From Candidatus Hydrogenedentota bacterium (GTDB lineage: Bacteria > Hydrogenedentota > Hydrogenedentia > Hydrogenedentales > CAITNO01), in NCBI GenBank assembly GCA_012523015.1, contig JAAYJI010000164.1, positions 1 to 62,995 of the forward strand: a DNA stretch of 62,995 nt, given 5' to 3'. How positions within the stretch are numbered: the first letter of the stretch is position 1; each line of letters opens with the position of its first letter. Below, piece by piece: positions 26,838-36,641 of this stretch. Under the pieces are notes generated by a model, which ran no database searches, was not told where the DNA came from, and saw only the letters and a list, made by a program, of their open reading frames with translations. The translations under genes were made by a program, and so were the position numbers.

Positions 26838-27494
26838 TTGGACACCGAACAGGTACATAGTGATTCTTCCACACCTGAGGAGATCGAAAAGCCGAGACTG
26901 AAACGAGAAGCCTTTGAATTGGTAAAACTCGTCGTCCTTTTTCTTGTAGTCTTCTGGGTAATCAGAACCTTTGTGGTGGAAGGTTATGAGGTCTTGGGAG
27001 ATTCCATGCTGCCCAACCTACATGACCGTGATCATATCCTAGTCTTTAAACTTCCTCATTGGTTCAAGACCGTCGACTATTTCGATTGGGTGAAGCCCTT
27101 TAAAGAGGGAGATATCATCATCTTCGAAGACCAGACGCACAAACGTTACGTTAAACGACTCATAGCCTATAACCCTGCTCTCTCCTCACACAGCGTTGAC
27201 GCGGCGCCTTTGATTGATGGCAACGATAGCTCCGCTCAAGTGAAGGTTGAATATGACCGCGGCGTAGTTCGTGTTAACAATTGGCAAATTGACGAAAGCG
27301 ATTATTTGCCCGACGCGGCCAGGCAAGCGCCGGGGCGGGATATATGTTACCTTCAACCTGGAGAATATTATGTGCTCGGTGATAATCGCTCTGTCAGCAA
27401 AGACAGCCGCAGTTTCCATGCCGTCACCGATAAGCAAATTGTAGGGCGTGCAGTTTTAAGGTTCTGGCCTTTGTCTAAATTGCAATGGTTTTAA
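26838..27494 (+). CDS. lepB: Signal peptidase I
   Basis: TM anchor present. The catalytic Ser motif is GDSMLPNL and the Lys box is YVKRLIA. GDNRSVSKDSRSF is also present. TTG start. Confidence 0.9.
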   Translation: MDTEQVHSDSSTPEEIEKPRLKREAFELVKLVVLFLVVFWVIRTFVVEGYEVLGDSMLPNLHDRDHILVFKLPHWFKTVDYFDWVKPFKEGDIIIFEDQTHKRYVKRLIAYNPALSSHSVDAAPLIDGNDSSAQVKVEYDRGVVRVNNWQIDESDYLPDAARQAPGRDICYLQPGEYYVLGDNRSVSKDSRSFHAVTDKQIVGRAVLRFWPLSKLQWF

Positions 27495-28261
27495 GGGGAA
27501 TACGACTGGCGGATAACGTGAAAGAAACGCTTCTTTTTTCGGATGTACATTTGAAACCCAAAGCCTATGAGGACAATGGCAGAAAAGAGTTTATCCGATT
27601 TTTGAAGGAAATAGATACGGATCGCGTGGGACGGCTCGTTTGCCTTGGGGATCTCTTTGATTTTTGGTTCGAATATAAGCACGTTGTCTTTGCTGATTAT
27701 TTTGATGTACTCCACCAGCTCTTTACGCTCCACGAGGCAGGTGTAGAATTGCATCTCCTTCGGGGCAATCATGATCTATGGGCAGGGGATCAATTGAAAC
27801 AACTTACCGGGATGCAGGTGCATCCTGACCGGCTTCGCCTGCCTTTTGGCACAAAGGAAGCTCTTTTGTTTCATGGCGACGGCATGAACCCCGATGACCG
27901 CCGCTATTTATGGTTTAAGCGCGCCGCATCCAATTCCTTTCTTCAAAGGCTATTCCGATGTATCCATCCCGACCGCGCCATGGCGCTGGCGCAATTTTTG
28001 AGTAATTTGAGTCGTAGAAAATTAAAAGCGCCCAATCCCGGAAAAGGGCCGGAAGCCCTTATATTGCAAGAACATGCACGCAGTATGATCGAAAGTGGGC
28101 AAGAATCGATTATCATTTGCGGTCATGCCCATGCCCCGCTTATTCAGCACATTGAAGAAGGTGAAACTTCAGGTATTTATATCAATACAGGCGATTGGCC
28201 TTTGCATCGTTCTTATGTTCGCTTTTCGGGGGGGGAATTCACGTTACATTCCTATTGTTAA
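27485..28261 (+). CDS. lpxH: UDP-2,3-diacylglucosamine diphosphatase-like metallophosphoesterase (LpxH family)
   Basis: LLFSDVHL, GDLFDFWFEY, GNHDLW, FHGDG and CGHAHAP are present. The true start may be GTG 27518 (MKETLLFSDVHL), which would remove the 10-nt overlap with lepB. Confidence 0.8.
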   Translation: MVLRGIRLADNVKETLLFSDVHLKPKAYEDNGRKEFIRFLKEIDTDRVGRLVCLGDLFDFWFEYKHVVFADYFDVLHQLFTLHEAGVELHLLRGNHDLWAGDQLKQLTGMQVHPDRLRLPFGTKEALLFHGDGMNPDDRRYLWFKRAASNSFLQRLFRCIHPDRAMALAQFLSNLSRRKLKAPNPGKGPEALILQEHARSMIESGQESIIICGHAHAPLIQHIEEGETSGIYINTGDWPLHRSYVRFSGGEFTLHSYC

Positions 28262-28290
28262 TCTAGCTAAACAGTAGGAGCACAAAAATT

Positions 28291-28425
28291 ATGAAATACA
28301 TTGGATTTTTCGTGTTGGGTGCCTTAGCCGTGTTTTTCTTCGGCTTTATATTGGACACCTCTGATACGCAATTCTCACATAAGATTCAACGGCACACCCC
28401 CGCCACTGTGTCTTCTTCCCATTGA
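28291..28425 (+). CDS. Possible 44-aa small membrane protein (not in the supplied ORF track)
   Basis: ATG preceded by TAGGAG 10 nt upstream. It encodes MKYIGFFVLGALAVFFFGFILDTSDTQFSHKIQRHTPATVSSSH, with one clear TM helix. Confidence 0.35.
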   Translation: MKYIGFFVLGALAVFFFGFILDTSDTQFSHKIQRHTPATVSSSH

Positions 28426-28483
28426 CACAACCATTTCGCAGGCGATGATTGATTAAGCCGAGGGGCAGAAAACGGCGGCGCGC

Positions 28484-28885
28484 TTATTGTTCGGGTACGG
28501 GGAGAGCCCATACAGTGCGGTTGCGCGGTCCGTCAAACTCGCAGAAAAATACGGACTGCCAAGTACCCAGCTGAGGGCGCCCGTTTTTGATGATCAGCGT
28601 CAGCCCTGAGCCCATCAGCGATGCTTTGACGTGGGCGGCACTGTTTCCCTCATTGTGGCGATAGGCTTCCGATTGCCACGGAATCACTTTATCTAAGGCA
28701 AGCAGAATATCATGGGGGACGCCGGGGTCGGTGTTTTCATTGACTGTAATACCGGCGGTGGTGTGGGGTACATACAGCTGCAATAATCCATTTTCCAATC
28801 CTGTTTCACGCAACAGCTGATTTACTTGCGAATCGATATTTACGAATTCACTGTGCTGCGCCGTGTTCACGCTAAATTTGATCAT
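28484..28885 (-). CDS. YjbQ/UPF0047 family protein (secondary thiamine-phosphate synthase-like)
   Basis: LQLYVPHTTAGITVNENTDPGVPHD...NSAAHVKASLMGS...GTWQSVFFCEFDGPR. Confidence 0.85.
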   Translation of the reverse strand: MIKFSVNTAQHSEFVNIDSQVNQLLRETGLENGLLQLYVPHTTAGITVNENTDPGVPHDILLALDKVIPWQSEAYRHNEGNSAAHVKASLMGSGLTLIIKNGRPQLGTWQSVFFCEFDGPRNRTVWALPVPEQ

Positions 28886-28887
28886 TC

Positions 28888-30582
28888 TTAATACTCCATG
28901 TTACGAAGATTCCGTAATCCCAAATACATGGGCAGGGTGACACAGATGACGGTCGCGATAACACCGGCCAATACAGCACCGGTAAGGGCGTAATGAAAGG
29001 TATCTTCGCTGCCAAATCTGCCGATAGCTTTCCATTGAAGGACCAGTGTTTGACCGGCAACGAGGGTCGTAATGTAACCGACGCTTAAGAGCAAGTTCAG
29101 CGTCCCGCCCAGCCCGCTTACAATGCGGGCGGGATTGTCTTCGTTAAAATTGGGGTAGAGGGCTCCCAGCCCTACCGCCAATCCGGCAAGTCCGAAATTG
29201 GCAATGGTCACGCTATAAACGGTCATCCAGAAATAAACGGGTTCAAGTTTGAGCATGGTGGCGGACAAAAAGGCGAGTCCCACCGTAAAGAACGAAGTGA
29301 TACCGATGCTCAGCCAAAACTTCTGCCACACGAGCCCGCGAAAGGTGAGCGGCGCAAGACCGATGATCCAAAATCTGCGCCCTTCCAAGCTGACCAAGGG
29401 AAAAACAAAACGACTTGTCAAGGTAGCAAGGATCAAGGTGACGGAGCCCACGTTCAGGCAGGCAATCCAACTGCGCCACATCTCCCCTTCATAGAATCGG
29501 GAGCTGTTACGCAGATTCGCCACATAGATCGCCATGATTCCAAAGAAAATAACGAATTGAGACCATTGTGTTGGGTCGCGCCAAAAAAGCTTAATATCTT
29601 TTACGGTGAGGGCGCGCTTCGGATTCGGTATAAATACCAACAGCCTTTCAAGCCGATTGAGGATCCCCCGATTTTCAGGGCGGAAGCGTTGTCTGTCCAT
29701 GCCGGCAAGATCAGAGAAGCCGGGATAGAAAATGTAGGTTGCTAAACGTCCTGCGAAAAGGAGCAATACGAGCGCTGTGGAGACGAGCAACAGGAACCAG
29801 AACAACGATTCACTCGGCTTGTTGTGGGCGGCATCCAACATACCTTGCGACGCCCAATGGCTGGGTAATGTCCAGGATTGGGCGCGCCGTGTAACATCCA
29901 TGAATACAGGTAAAATCGTATCATCAGATATTTTGGTGCCCCGCAAAACATTGCGGATATACAGGAAAAAGAGAAGGAGTATGGTAATGCCTAATCCAAC
30001 AATCCACTTCGCTTTGAGTCGGGAAAATATCCGCGCCAATACCATGGTAATGATCGCTCCCAAGGTAGCGGGCACCAAGATGAGAGGCAAGAAAAAAGCG
30101 GCTACCGCTCCGTAAAAGATGAGAGGTGCCTTCGTTGCCAGCCCATAGGCGAGCATCAAGGGTGAACCCAAAAATGCGAGAGACCAAGAGCTGAAGACAA
30201 CGCATTCGAAGAAGCGCGCGTAAAAGAAATGATCGAAACGAATTGGTGCCTGCACCAAATACATCACTTCATAAGAACGGTATAGGGTGGAGAAAGCGAT
30301 CAGCACATTGGAAAAGATGAGGAGCATAAAGATGGACAAGGTCAAAATGCTCAGAAGCCGTGTCATTACCAAATCGCCGAAATTCACGCCTTCTATGCCT
30401 TGGCCGCCGAAAGACATGATCCACAAAAATCCGGAGCGAAAGAAAAAGAAAGCGCCCACCCATAAAGCGAGAGCAGCCACACTGATCACGCCCACTTTGA
30501 GTTTAGACTGATGGCGTACACTTGCAATTTCATGTACGCCAATACGCATTTTTGCTCGGATAATCGTCCAAACTTGATTCAT
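28888..30582 (-). CDS. Large polytopic ABC-exporter permease (putative ABC exporter family)
   Basis: 564 aa with at least 12 hydrophobic helices. It overlaps the upstream ABC ATPase gene by 4 nt. Confidence 0.7.
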   Translation of the reverse strand: MNQVWTIIRAKMRIGVHEIASVRHQSKLKVGVISVAALALWVGAFFFFRSGFLWIMSFGGQGIEGVNFGDLVMTRLLSILTLSIFMLLIFSNVLIAFSTLYRSYEVMYLVQAPIRFDHFFYARFFECVVFSSWSLAFLGSPLMLAYGLATKAPLIFYGAVAAFFLPLILVPATLGAIITMVLARIFSRLKAKWIVGLGITILLLFFLYIRNVLRGTKISDDTILPVFMDVTRRAQSWTLPSHWASQGMLDAAHNKPSESLFWFLLLVSTALVLLLFAGRLATYIFYPGFSDLAGMDRQRFRPENRGILNRLERLLVFIPNPKRALTVKDIKLFWRDPTQWSQFVIFFGIMAIYVANLRNSSRFYEGEMWRSWIACLNVGSVTLILATLTSRFVFPLVSLEGRRFWIIGLAPLTFRGLVWQKFWLSIGITSFFTVGLAFLSATMLKLEPVYFWMTVYSVTIANFGLAGLAVGLGALYPNFNEDNPARIVSGLGGTLNLLLSVGYITTLVAGQTLVLQWKAIGRFGSEDTFHYALTGAVLAGVIATVICVTLPMYLGLRNLRNMEY

Positions 30583-31364
30583 CGTGTATCCCCGGATTGG
30601 AGGGCTGCAACACTTTCTTGTGCTTCTTCGTCAACGCCTTGCGTTATTTCCAAGAACACATCCTCGAGCGTGCCCGGGCGGTCATTGAGCGCCTTAATCT
30701 CCTCCACCGTGCCCAGCGTACACAACCGGCCGTTGTTGATAATCCCAATCAGATCAGCCACCTCCTCGGCAATGGCGAGGGTATGAGTCGACATGAACAC
30801 GGTCAATCCGTTTTCGCGGCATTGGTTGCGTAAGAAGCGTTTTACGAAGCGTATATTTTTAGGGTCCAAGCCGACCCAGGGTTCGTCGACGATGACGATA
30901 CACGGGTCGTGCAGGAAGCAAGAGGCGAAAGACAGTTTTTGGCACATGCCATGGCTATCATCTTCAATCAATTGATCGGCCACATCGCTCAGTTCAAAGA
31001 TGTCGAGAAGATGGGCGCTTCGTTCGCGATAGATTGAATCGGGAATGCGGTATAGGCCTGCCACGAAACGCATGAATTCGTTTCCCGTAAGTTTGTTGTA
31101 CAGGAAAGGATGATCGGGCACATAGCCCAACAGTTCTTTTGCTTTCACGGCGTCCTTCGTGATGTCGAAGCCATTCAGCAGCGCTTTGCCTGCACTGGGA
31201 TGAAGCAAGCCTGTCAACATTTTTATCGTCGTTGTTTTACCGGCTCCATTGGGTCCTAAAAAACAAAAGAAAGTACCCGGTTTGATTGAAAGGTCAAGGG
31301 CGTCGACGGCATATTTTTCGCCGAAATGTTTACTCAGCCCCACGGTTTCAATGGAATAGTTCAT
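30579..31364 (-). CDS. ABC transporter ATP-binding protein
   Basis: Walker A GPNGAGKTT is present. The signature-like motif is SHGMCQKLSFA and Walker B is IVIVDEPWVGLD. Confidence 0.9.
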   Translation of the reverse strand: MNYSIETVGLSKHFGEKYAVDALDLSIKPGTFFCFLGPNGAGKTTTIKMLTGLLHPSAGKALLNGFDITKDAVKAKELLGYVPDHPFLYNKLTGNEFMRFVAGLYRIPDSIYRERSAHLLDIFELSDVADQLIEDDSHGMCQKLSFASCFLHDPCIVIVDEPWVGLDPKNIRFVKRFLRNQCRENGLTVFMSTHTLAIAEEVADLIGIINNGRLCTLGTVEEIKALNDRPGTLEDVFLEITQGVDEEAQESVAALQSGDTR

Positions 31365-32881
31365 GGAGTCCTCTCTCCTTCATGACGGTCTTCTGCCTCG
31401 GTCGGATCCGATAATATATCAATACGAAGCACGCCCAGATAGCCCATAAGTCGGGGCCACTGGTCGATACCTCCGGTAAACAATTTGATGTGGGTGGCAT
31501 TGGCGGTGTGTTCTCCAAAGGTAGGATCCATGGCGATCCATTGCCCCACATAGACCTCGGGCCAAGCGTGATATCCGAAGCCGTTCATGAAGGAACTCCA
31601 CGCCAAACCGATAGCAATGCGTGTTGGTACACCGACAGCACGTGCGAGGGCGGCAAATAAGACCGCATGCTCATTGCAGTCTCCTTCCCGCGTCTGAAGC
31701 ACGTCCAAGGCACTGGGCACACTGAGCACGCTGCGCTTGTCGATATGCGTATAGACCCAATCATGGATCTTGACGGCTTTCTCCCACGGATCTTCTGTAT
31801 CTCCGATCATGTCCTCAGCGGCGGCACGGATACGGGGATGGGTGGTCTGGATCAGCATGTCTGCGCCCAAGTATGGTTCAAGGTCTTCTTCCTCTTCGGC
31901 AGGCGGGAGAAAGCGATCTTCGGGATCCAAACGTTTTGTATACCATGTGTCTCCGTCGCGGTATTGCCGCAAGTCTTCGGGAGGCATCAAGGATTCATCA
32001 ATACCTGCGATCTTGAAGCGCAACATGTCAGCGTCTTCGTCGGGAGCGGGCCCTGTTGACGTGACCGACAAATTACGCATAAGATTCGCGGATTCTTCTA
32101 CAGGCAAGGGGCTGATGGCAGACTCAGGCGCAATCTTTTTGATGATCAACCCGAAAGGCGTTTGTGCACGGACAATTTCTTCGTCATCAGAGAGCCACGC
32201 CAGCGTGTTGATCCCGGAAATAGTTGTTTGCAGAACGGTCGTTTCTATTTCCTCGTCATTGATGGTTAAGGTTTCCCGGCCAATGGCAGAAATTTTTGCG
32301 CGGCCCATGGACAGTGTGGTGGGATCGAAGGCATCCACATAGACAAACTCACCGGGGTGGAGTGGCGGCAAGGAAGCGGCGTTTAGCCCGAGATTACCGG
32401 ACAGCAGTAATTCTCCGGGCGCGGGCAGGCTGAAGGGCATGGTTTCGCCGGCCGTATGGAGGGTCGCACGCAGCATGTTATCTTCTACCACGCCTTCCAC
32501 GCGAGTTTCGTGCTCATCGGCTTTCAGGTGCATATCAAATTCTTTGAGTCCCTTCACGGCGGATGACCACGTGTTGCCGACAATACGAAGTCTCGTTTCC
32601 TGACCGAAGAGCGGAAAGTTCATTTGCATTTCCACGCTTAAGTGGTAGCCCTTTTCATCGGAGCGTTCTTCGGGTATCGTACGTAAATGGAGGAAGCCCA
32701 CGGACTGGTCTTCATCGAAATACAAGCCCAGCCAACTGTCGAGAGGCACATCAATTCTTTTGGAACTCAGACCGCGATAAATACGCGGTAAAATCGCCTC
32801 ACGATAAATCAACATCCCCACCATAACCAGCCAAAAAATAAGGATGAGGATAGGAATCAGTTGTTTATACGACCGCAACAT
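31361..32881 (-). CDS. Membrane-anchored transglutaminase-like protein
   Basis: N-terminal TM segment. The C-terminal Cys-His-Asp core reads REGDCNEHAVLFAALARAVGVPTRIAIG...GYHAWPEVYVGQWIAMDPT. Confidence 0.8.
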   Translation of the reverse strand: MLRSYKQLIPILILIFWLVMVGMLIYREAILPRIYRGLSSKRIDVPLDSWLGLYFDEDQSVGFLHLRTIPEERSDEKGYHLSVEMQMNFPLFGQETRLRIVGNTWSSAVKGLKEFDMHLKADEHETRVEGVVEDNMLRATLHTAGETMPFSLPAPGELLLSGNLGLNAASLPPLHPGEFVYVDAFDPTTLSMGRAKISAIGRETLTINDEEIETTVLQTTISGINTLAWLSDDEEIVRAQTPFGLIIKKIAPESAISPLPVEESANLMRNLSVTSTGPAPDEDADMLRFKIAGIDESLMPPEDLRQYRDGDTWYTKRLDPEDRFLPPAEEEEDLEPYLGADMLIQTTHPRIRAAAEDMIGDTEDPWEKAVKIHDWVYTHIDKRSVLSVPSALDVLQTREGDCNEHAVLFAALARAVGVPTRIAIGLAWSSFMNGFGYHAWPEVYVGQWIAMDPTFGEHTANATHIKLFTGGIDQWPRLMGYLGVLRIDILSDPTEAEDRHEGERTP

Positions 32882-35556
32882 TTTTTGTATTTCTTTCCAC
32901 TACCGCAGGGGCAAGGATCATTGGGCATGATTTTTTCCACTACCCGCACCGGTTGTTGTTTTTCCGACCGGCTGCTCTTTTTTTGCGCGGCAACATTCAG
33001 TTGATCGGTATTCAGGTGGGCGAAGCCACCGCCTCCTTCTTTCGTAGCGCCGCTGTATTGATATTCCCGTGTACGCTGCGTTTTGGCTTGTCCTTCAGGG
33101 GCACGCCCCGTGTCGGGCGCCATGCCGTGCCGCCGTTCCGGATCGGTAATTCTATACAACATTTGAATGGCACTATCTTCAATGACCTGAATGAGGTTGT
33201 TGAAGAGTTCGTAGCCTTCTTCTTTGTATTCAAGTAAGGGATCTTTTTGTCCGAAGGCACGCAAGCGCACGGACTCACGCAGATAATCCATTTCATAGAG
33301 ATGGTTGATCCATTTTTCATCTATAACGCGCAGCAATTCCGAAGCTTCTATTTGTTGAAAGCGTTTGCGTGCATATTTTTCAGGACTGATGGTGCGGTAG
33401 ATTTCATCTTCACTCTCATCGAAATGAATCTGTAGCTTTTCTACAAACAAGGCTTCACGTCGTTGGTATTCCTCTGTGGCTTGACGGAATAGCGAATCAG
33501 GGAGCGGCTCTGCCTCATCCGTTGAATCGTCGAGATCGAATTCAAAGCCGAACATGGCGAAAAAAGCGGCTTCCAGTCCTTCATAATCGTAATTGTCGGG
33601 GCTTTTATCTTCCGGCGCATAGGTATCCATCATGTCTCCAATAATATTTTGGATCATACGATGTAAATGGTCGGTGAGATTGCGCCCTTCTAAAATCTCG
33701 CGACGCAAGCCGTAAATATATTTGCGCTGTTTGTCCATGACCTGGTCATAATCAAGCAGATGTTTGCGGCTTTCAAAGTTGAACTCTTCCACCTTGCGCT
33801 GGGCAGATTCAATGGAGCGCGACAAAATACGCATATTCAGGGGTGTCTCATCCATTTCTTCGCCGCCCCGCTGGCCCATAAAACTCTTCACCCGATTGCC
33901 GCCGAAAAGACGCGCCACTTCGTCTTCCAAACTCACATAAAAGCGAGTGGTTCCGGGATCGCCCTGTCGACCGCAGCGGCCGCGCAGCTGGTTGTCGATC
34001 CGACGGGATTCATGGCGTTCTGTGCCGATAATGTACAAACCGCCGAGCTCACGAACGCCTTCGGCAAGCTTAATGTCGGTGCCGCGGCCCGCCATATTGG
34101 TGGCAATGGTGATGGCGCTGCGTTTACCTGCATTCGGAACGATAGCAGCTTCCCGTTCGTGATGTTTGGCATTCAAGACCTGATAGCCCGTGATGCCTGC
34201 CTGATCAAGCATTTGCGCCACCTGTTCCGACTTTTCAATGGATACGGTTCCCACGAGAATGGGGCGACCGCTAGCGGTAATTTTCGCAATGTCGCGGATA
34301 ACATAGTTGAATTTACCCATTTCAGAAGCGAAGACCAAGTCCGTTTGGTCCTGTCGTATAAGGGGCAAATTCGTAGGGATTTGGGTAACCGTTAGGTTGT
34401 AGGTATTTTCAAACTCAACGGCTTCCGTTAATGCGGTACCCGTCATGCCCGCCAATTTATTGTACATGCGGAAGTAATTCTGATAGGTGATGGTGGCGAT
34501 GGTTTGGGATTCGAAGCGCAGCGGAACCCGTTCTTTGGCTTCAATGGCTTGGTGTAATCCGTCGGAGTAGCGGCGTCCTTCCATGACGCGCCCGGTAAAC
34601 TCATCAACGATCAGCACCTCATCATCTTTTACCATATATTCATCATCGCGCTTGAAGAAATGATGGGCTTTCAACGACTGTTCGATCATATGCACATAGC
34701 CGATGCTGTCGTCTGTATACATATCATCCACGCCCAGCAGCCGCTCGCACATGACCATGCCGTCATCGGTCAAAATAATATGCCGTTGTTTCTCGTCCTT
34801 TTCAAAGTGAATATCTTTGCGCAGCTGACGGACCACATCATCTACGCGCAAATACATATCCGAGCTTTTTTCAGGTCTGCCGGAAATGATCAAAGGCGTG
34901 CGCGCTTCGTCGATGAGGATCGAGTCCACCTCGTCCACAATGGCGTAATTCAGCTTGCGTTGTACACAGTGTTTGAGGGACGGAGATCCGTTATCGCGCA
35001 GATAATCAAAGCCGTATTCATTATTGGTGCCGTAGGTGATATCTGCACGGTAGCCTGCTTGGCGTTCCCACTCCGACATATCATGTTGAATGATGCCAAC
35101 GTTGAGCCCTAAAAAGCGATGGATAGGCCCCATCCATTCGGCGTCACGGCGCGCCAAATAGTCGTTGACTGTGACCATGTGCACCCCGTCGCCGGTCAGT
35201 CCATTGAGGTAGGAAGGCATGACGGCGACGAGTGTTTTACCTTCGCCCGTGACCATCTCGGCAATCCCGCCGCCGTGCAGGACGATGCCGCCCATGATCT
35301 GCGCGTCAAAGGGACGCATGCCTACCACCCGTTTCGCCGCTTCGCGGGCGACAGCAAAAGCCTCGGGAAGCAGATCATCCAAGGTGGCTCCCTGAAGCAG
35401 CTTTTCTTTAAACAGACCTGTTTGTCCGCGCAGTGTGTCATTGCTCATGGCGCTGATCCGCCGTTCATGGGCGTTCACTTGTTCCAACAAAGGGGTTAGT
35501 TTTTTGATGTCTCGTTCAGTACTGGTACCAAAGAGCTTTTTTAACAAGCCTAACAA
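32857..35556 (-). CDS. secA: Preprotein translocase ATPase SecA
   Basis: MLGLLKKLFG...MRPFDAQIMGGIVLH.G.IAEM.TGEGKTLV..., DEAD-like DEVDSILIDEARTPLIISG, and the C-terminal zinc motif CPCGSGKKYKKCCG. Confidence 0.95.
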   Translation of the reverse strand: MLGLLKKLFGTSTERDIKKLTPLLEQVNAHERRISAMSNDTLRGQTGLFKEKLLQGATLDDLLPEAFAVAREAAKRVVGMRPFDAQIMGGIVLHGGGIAEMVTGEGKTLVAVMPSYLNGLTGDGVHMVTVNDYLARRDAEWMGPIHRFLGLNVGIIQHDMSEWERQAGYRADITYGTNNEYGFDYLRDNGSPSLKHCVQRKLNYAIVDEVDSILIDEARTPLIISGRPEKSSDMYLRVDDVVRQLRKDIHFEKDEKQRHIILTDDGMVMCERLLGVDDMYTDDSIGYVHMIEQSLKAHHFFKRDDEYMVKDDEVLIVDEFTGRVMEGRRYSDGLHQAIEAKERVPLRFESQTIATITYQNYFRMYNKLAGMTGTALTEAVEFENTYNLTVTQIPTNLPLIRQDQTDLVFASEMGKFNYVIRDIAKITASGRPILVGTVSIEKSEQVAQMLDQAGITGYQVLNAKHHEREAAIVPNAGKRSAITIATNMAGRGTDIKLAEGVRELGGLYIIGTERHESRRIDNQLRGRCGRQGDPGTTRFYVSLEDEVARLFGGNRVKSFMGQRGGEEMDETPLNMRILSRSIESAQRKVEEFNFESRKHLLDYDQVMDKQRKYIYGLRREILEGRNLTDHLHRMIQNIIGDMMDTYAPEDKSPDNYDYEGLEAAFFAMFGFEFDLDDSTDEAEPLPDSLFRQATEEYQRREALFVEKLQIHFDESEDEIYRTISPEKYARKRFQQIEASELLRVIDEKWINHLYEMDYLRESVRLRAFGQKDPLLEYKEEGYELFNNLIQVIEDSAIQMLYRITDPERRHGMAPDTGRAPEGQAKTQRTREYQYSGATKEGGGGFAHLNTDQLNVAAQKKSSRSEKQQPVRVVEKIMPNDPCPCGSGKKYKKCCGRINN

Positions 35557-35974
35557 GGCGGTATCTCCTCATTTTTATAGTCAGGTAAAAGGATATTGTG
35601 GGGTTTATATTGCGTTCAATGCAAACATACCGTTTAAGATAACGTGTGAAAGGCCTTGAAAAATACAGCGGGGCGAAAGTAATTGTCGGGCTCCTTGTCC
35701 CGTAATGCCGCATTCACTCCTCAGTGGCTCCAAGACGCGTTGGTAAAAGAGACGTAGAGACTCAAGACCGGTCACAACAAATCAACGCTGTATACCGCGA
35801 CTTTTTCTTTTTAATAAAGCATAAGAACTTCATCATCCTGCGGATAGGTGATGTCTAGCCACGGCAAGTTTTCTGTTCATAATTGTAACACTTTTTGTGT
35901 TGGCTTGTATTGTGCCGTAGTAAGACACATGACATGGGTTCTTCCTATGGGATTAATCATGTCAGATTTTTTTA

Positions 35975-36631
35975 ATGAGCAGTAAAGGTTTTTGTATGTC
36001 CGACACTATTTCTTTGAAAACATTATCCGGTGTTGATGAACACGTTCAGACTCTCGAATACGAAATTTATTTGGAGGCGGGCTATATTGCGCCCAATCCC
36101 CATCGCCGCGTACTGGAAAACGACTGTTATCCCGATCATCAGGTCGTCGTTGCTTTTTCTGGAGACAAAGCCGTGGGCTCTGTCCGTGTGGTCATCAATT
36201 CCGGCGCCAATAAGCATTTGTTCAATCTGCCCTGTTTCGAGGCCTTTCAGATTTGGCCCTGGGCGGATTCGCTGCTTCGTGAAGTGGATACAGACCGGCT
36301 CATGCAAATTGGAACCATGGTCATCCGCCCTGAATTCCGCGGGGGAACGGTACGCCAGGCGTTAATTCAACGGCTCACCGAAATCTTCGTGGAAGCGGGA
36401 ACTCGATTCGCTATGGCAACGATTGATGAACACTTTTATAAGAACCTGCGGACACGCAATATTCCTCTTGTCCCTATGGGCGACACCTTGTTTTATATGG
36501 GTTCTTCAACGGTTCCTGTTATGGTCGCCCGCGAATGGATTTTATACGGCACGATCCCCGACGCCATCAATGAACAGATCCGCACAAGCATGGAAACGGT
36601 CGCGTTAAAACCCGCTATCTGCGGCGTATAA
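35975..36631 (+). CDS. GNAT-fold N-acyltransferase (N-acyl amino acid synthase / FeeM-like)
   Basis: YEIYLEAGYIAPNPHRRVLENDCYPDHQVVVAF.GDKAVGSVRVV...IGTMVIRPEFRGG. This resembles acyl-ACP-dependent N-acyl amino acid synthases, but the assignment is tentative. An alternative start is ATG 35996. Confidence 0.5.
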   Translation: MSSKGFCMSDTISLKTLSGVDEHVQTLEYEIYLEAGYIAPNPHRRVLENDCYPDHQVVVAFSGDKAVGSVRVVINSGANKHLFNLPCFEAFQIWPWADSLLREVDTDRLMQIGTMVIRPEFRGGTVRQALIQRLTEIFVEAGTRFAMATIDEHFYKNLRTRNIPLVPMGDTLFYMGSSTVPVMVAREWILYGTIPDAINEQIRTSMETVALKPAICGV

Positions 36632-36641
36632 CCTGTTCAAC

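Noticed and set aside
27661-27675. tRNA T-loop-like GGTTCGAAT string
   Set aside because: It lies inside the lpxH-like CDS (encoding FWFEYK), and no acceptor or anticodon stems can be drawn around it. I found no tRNA genes in any intergenic region.
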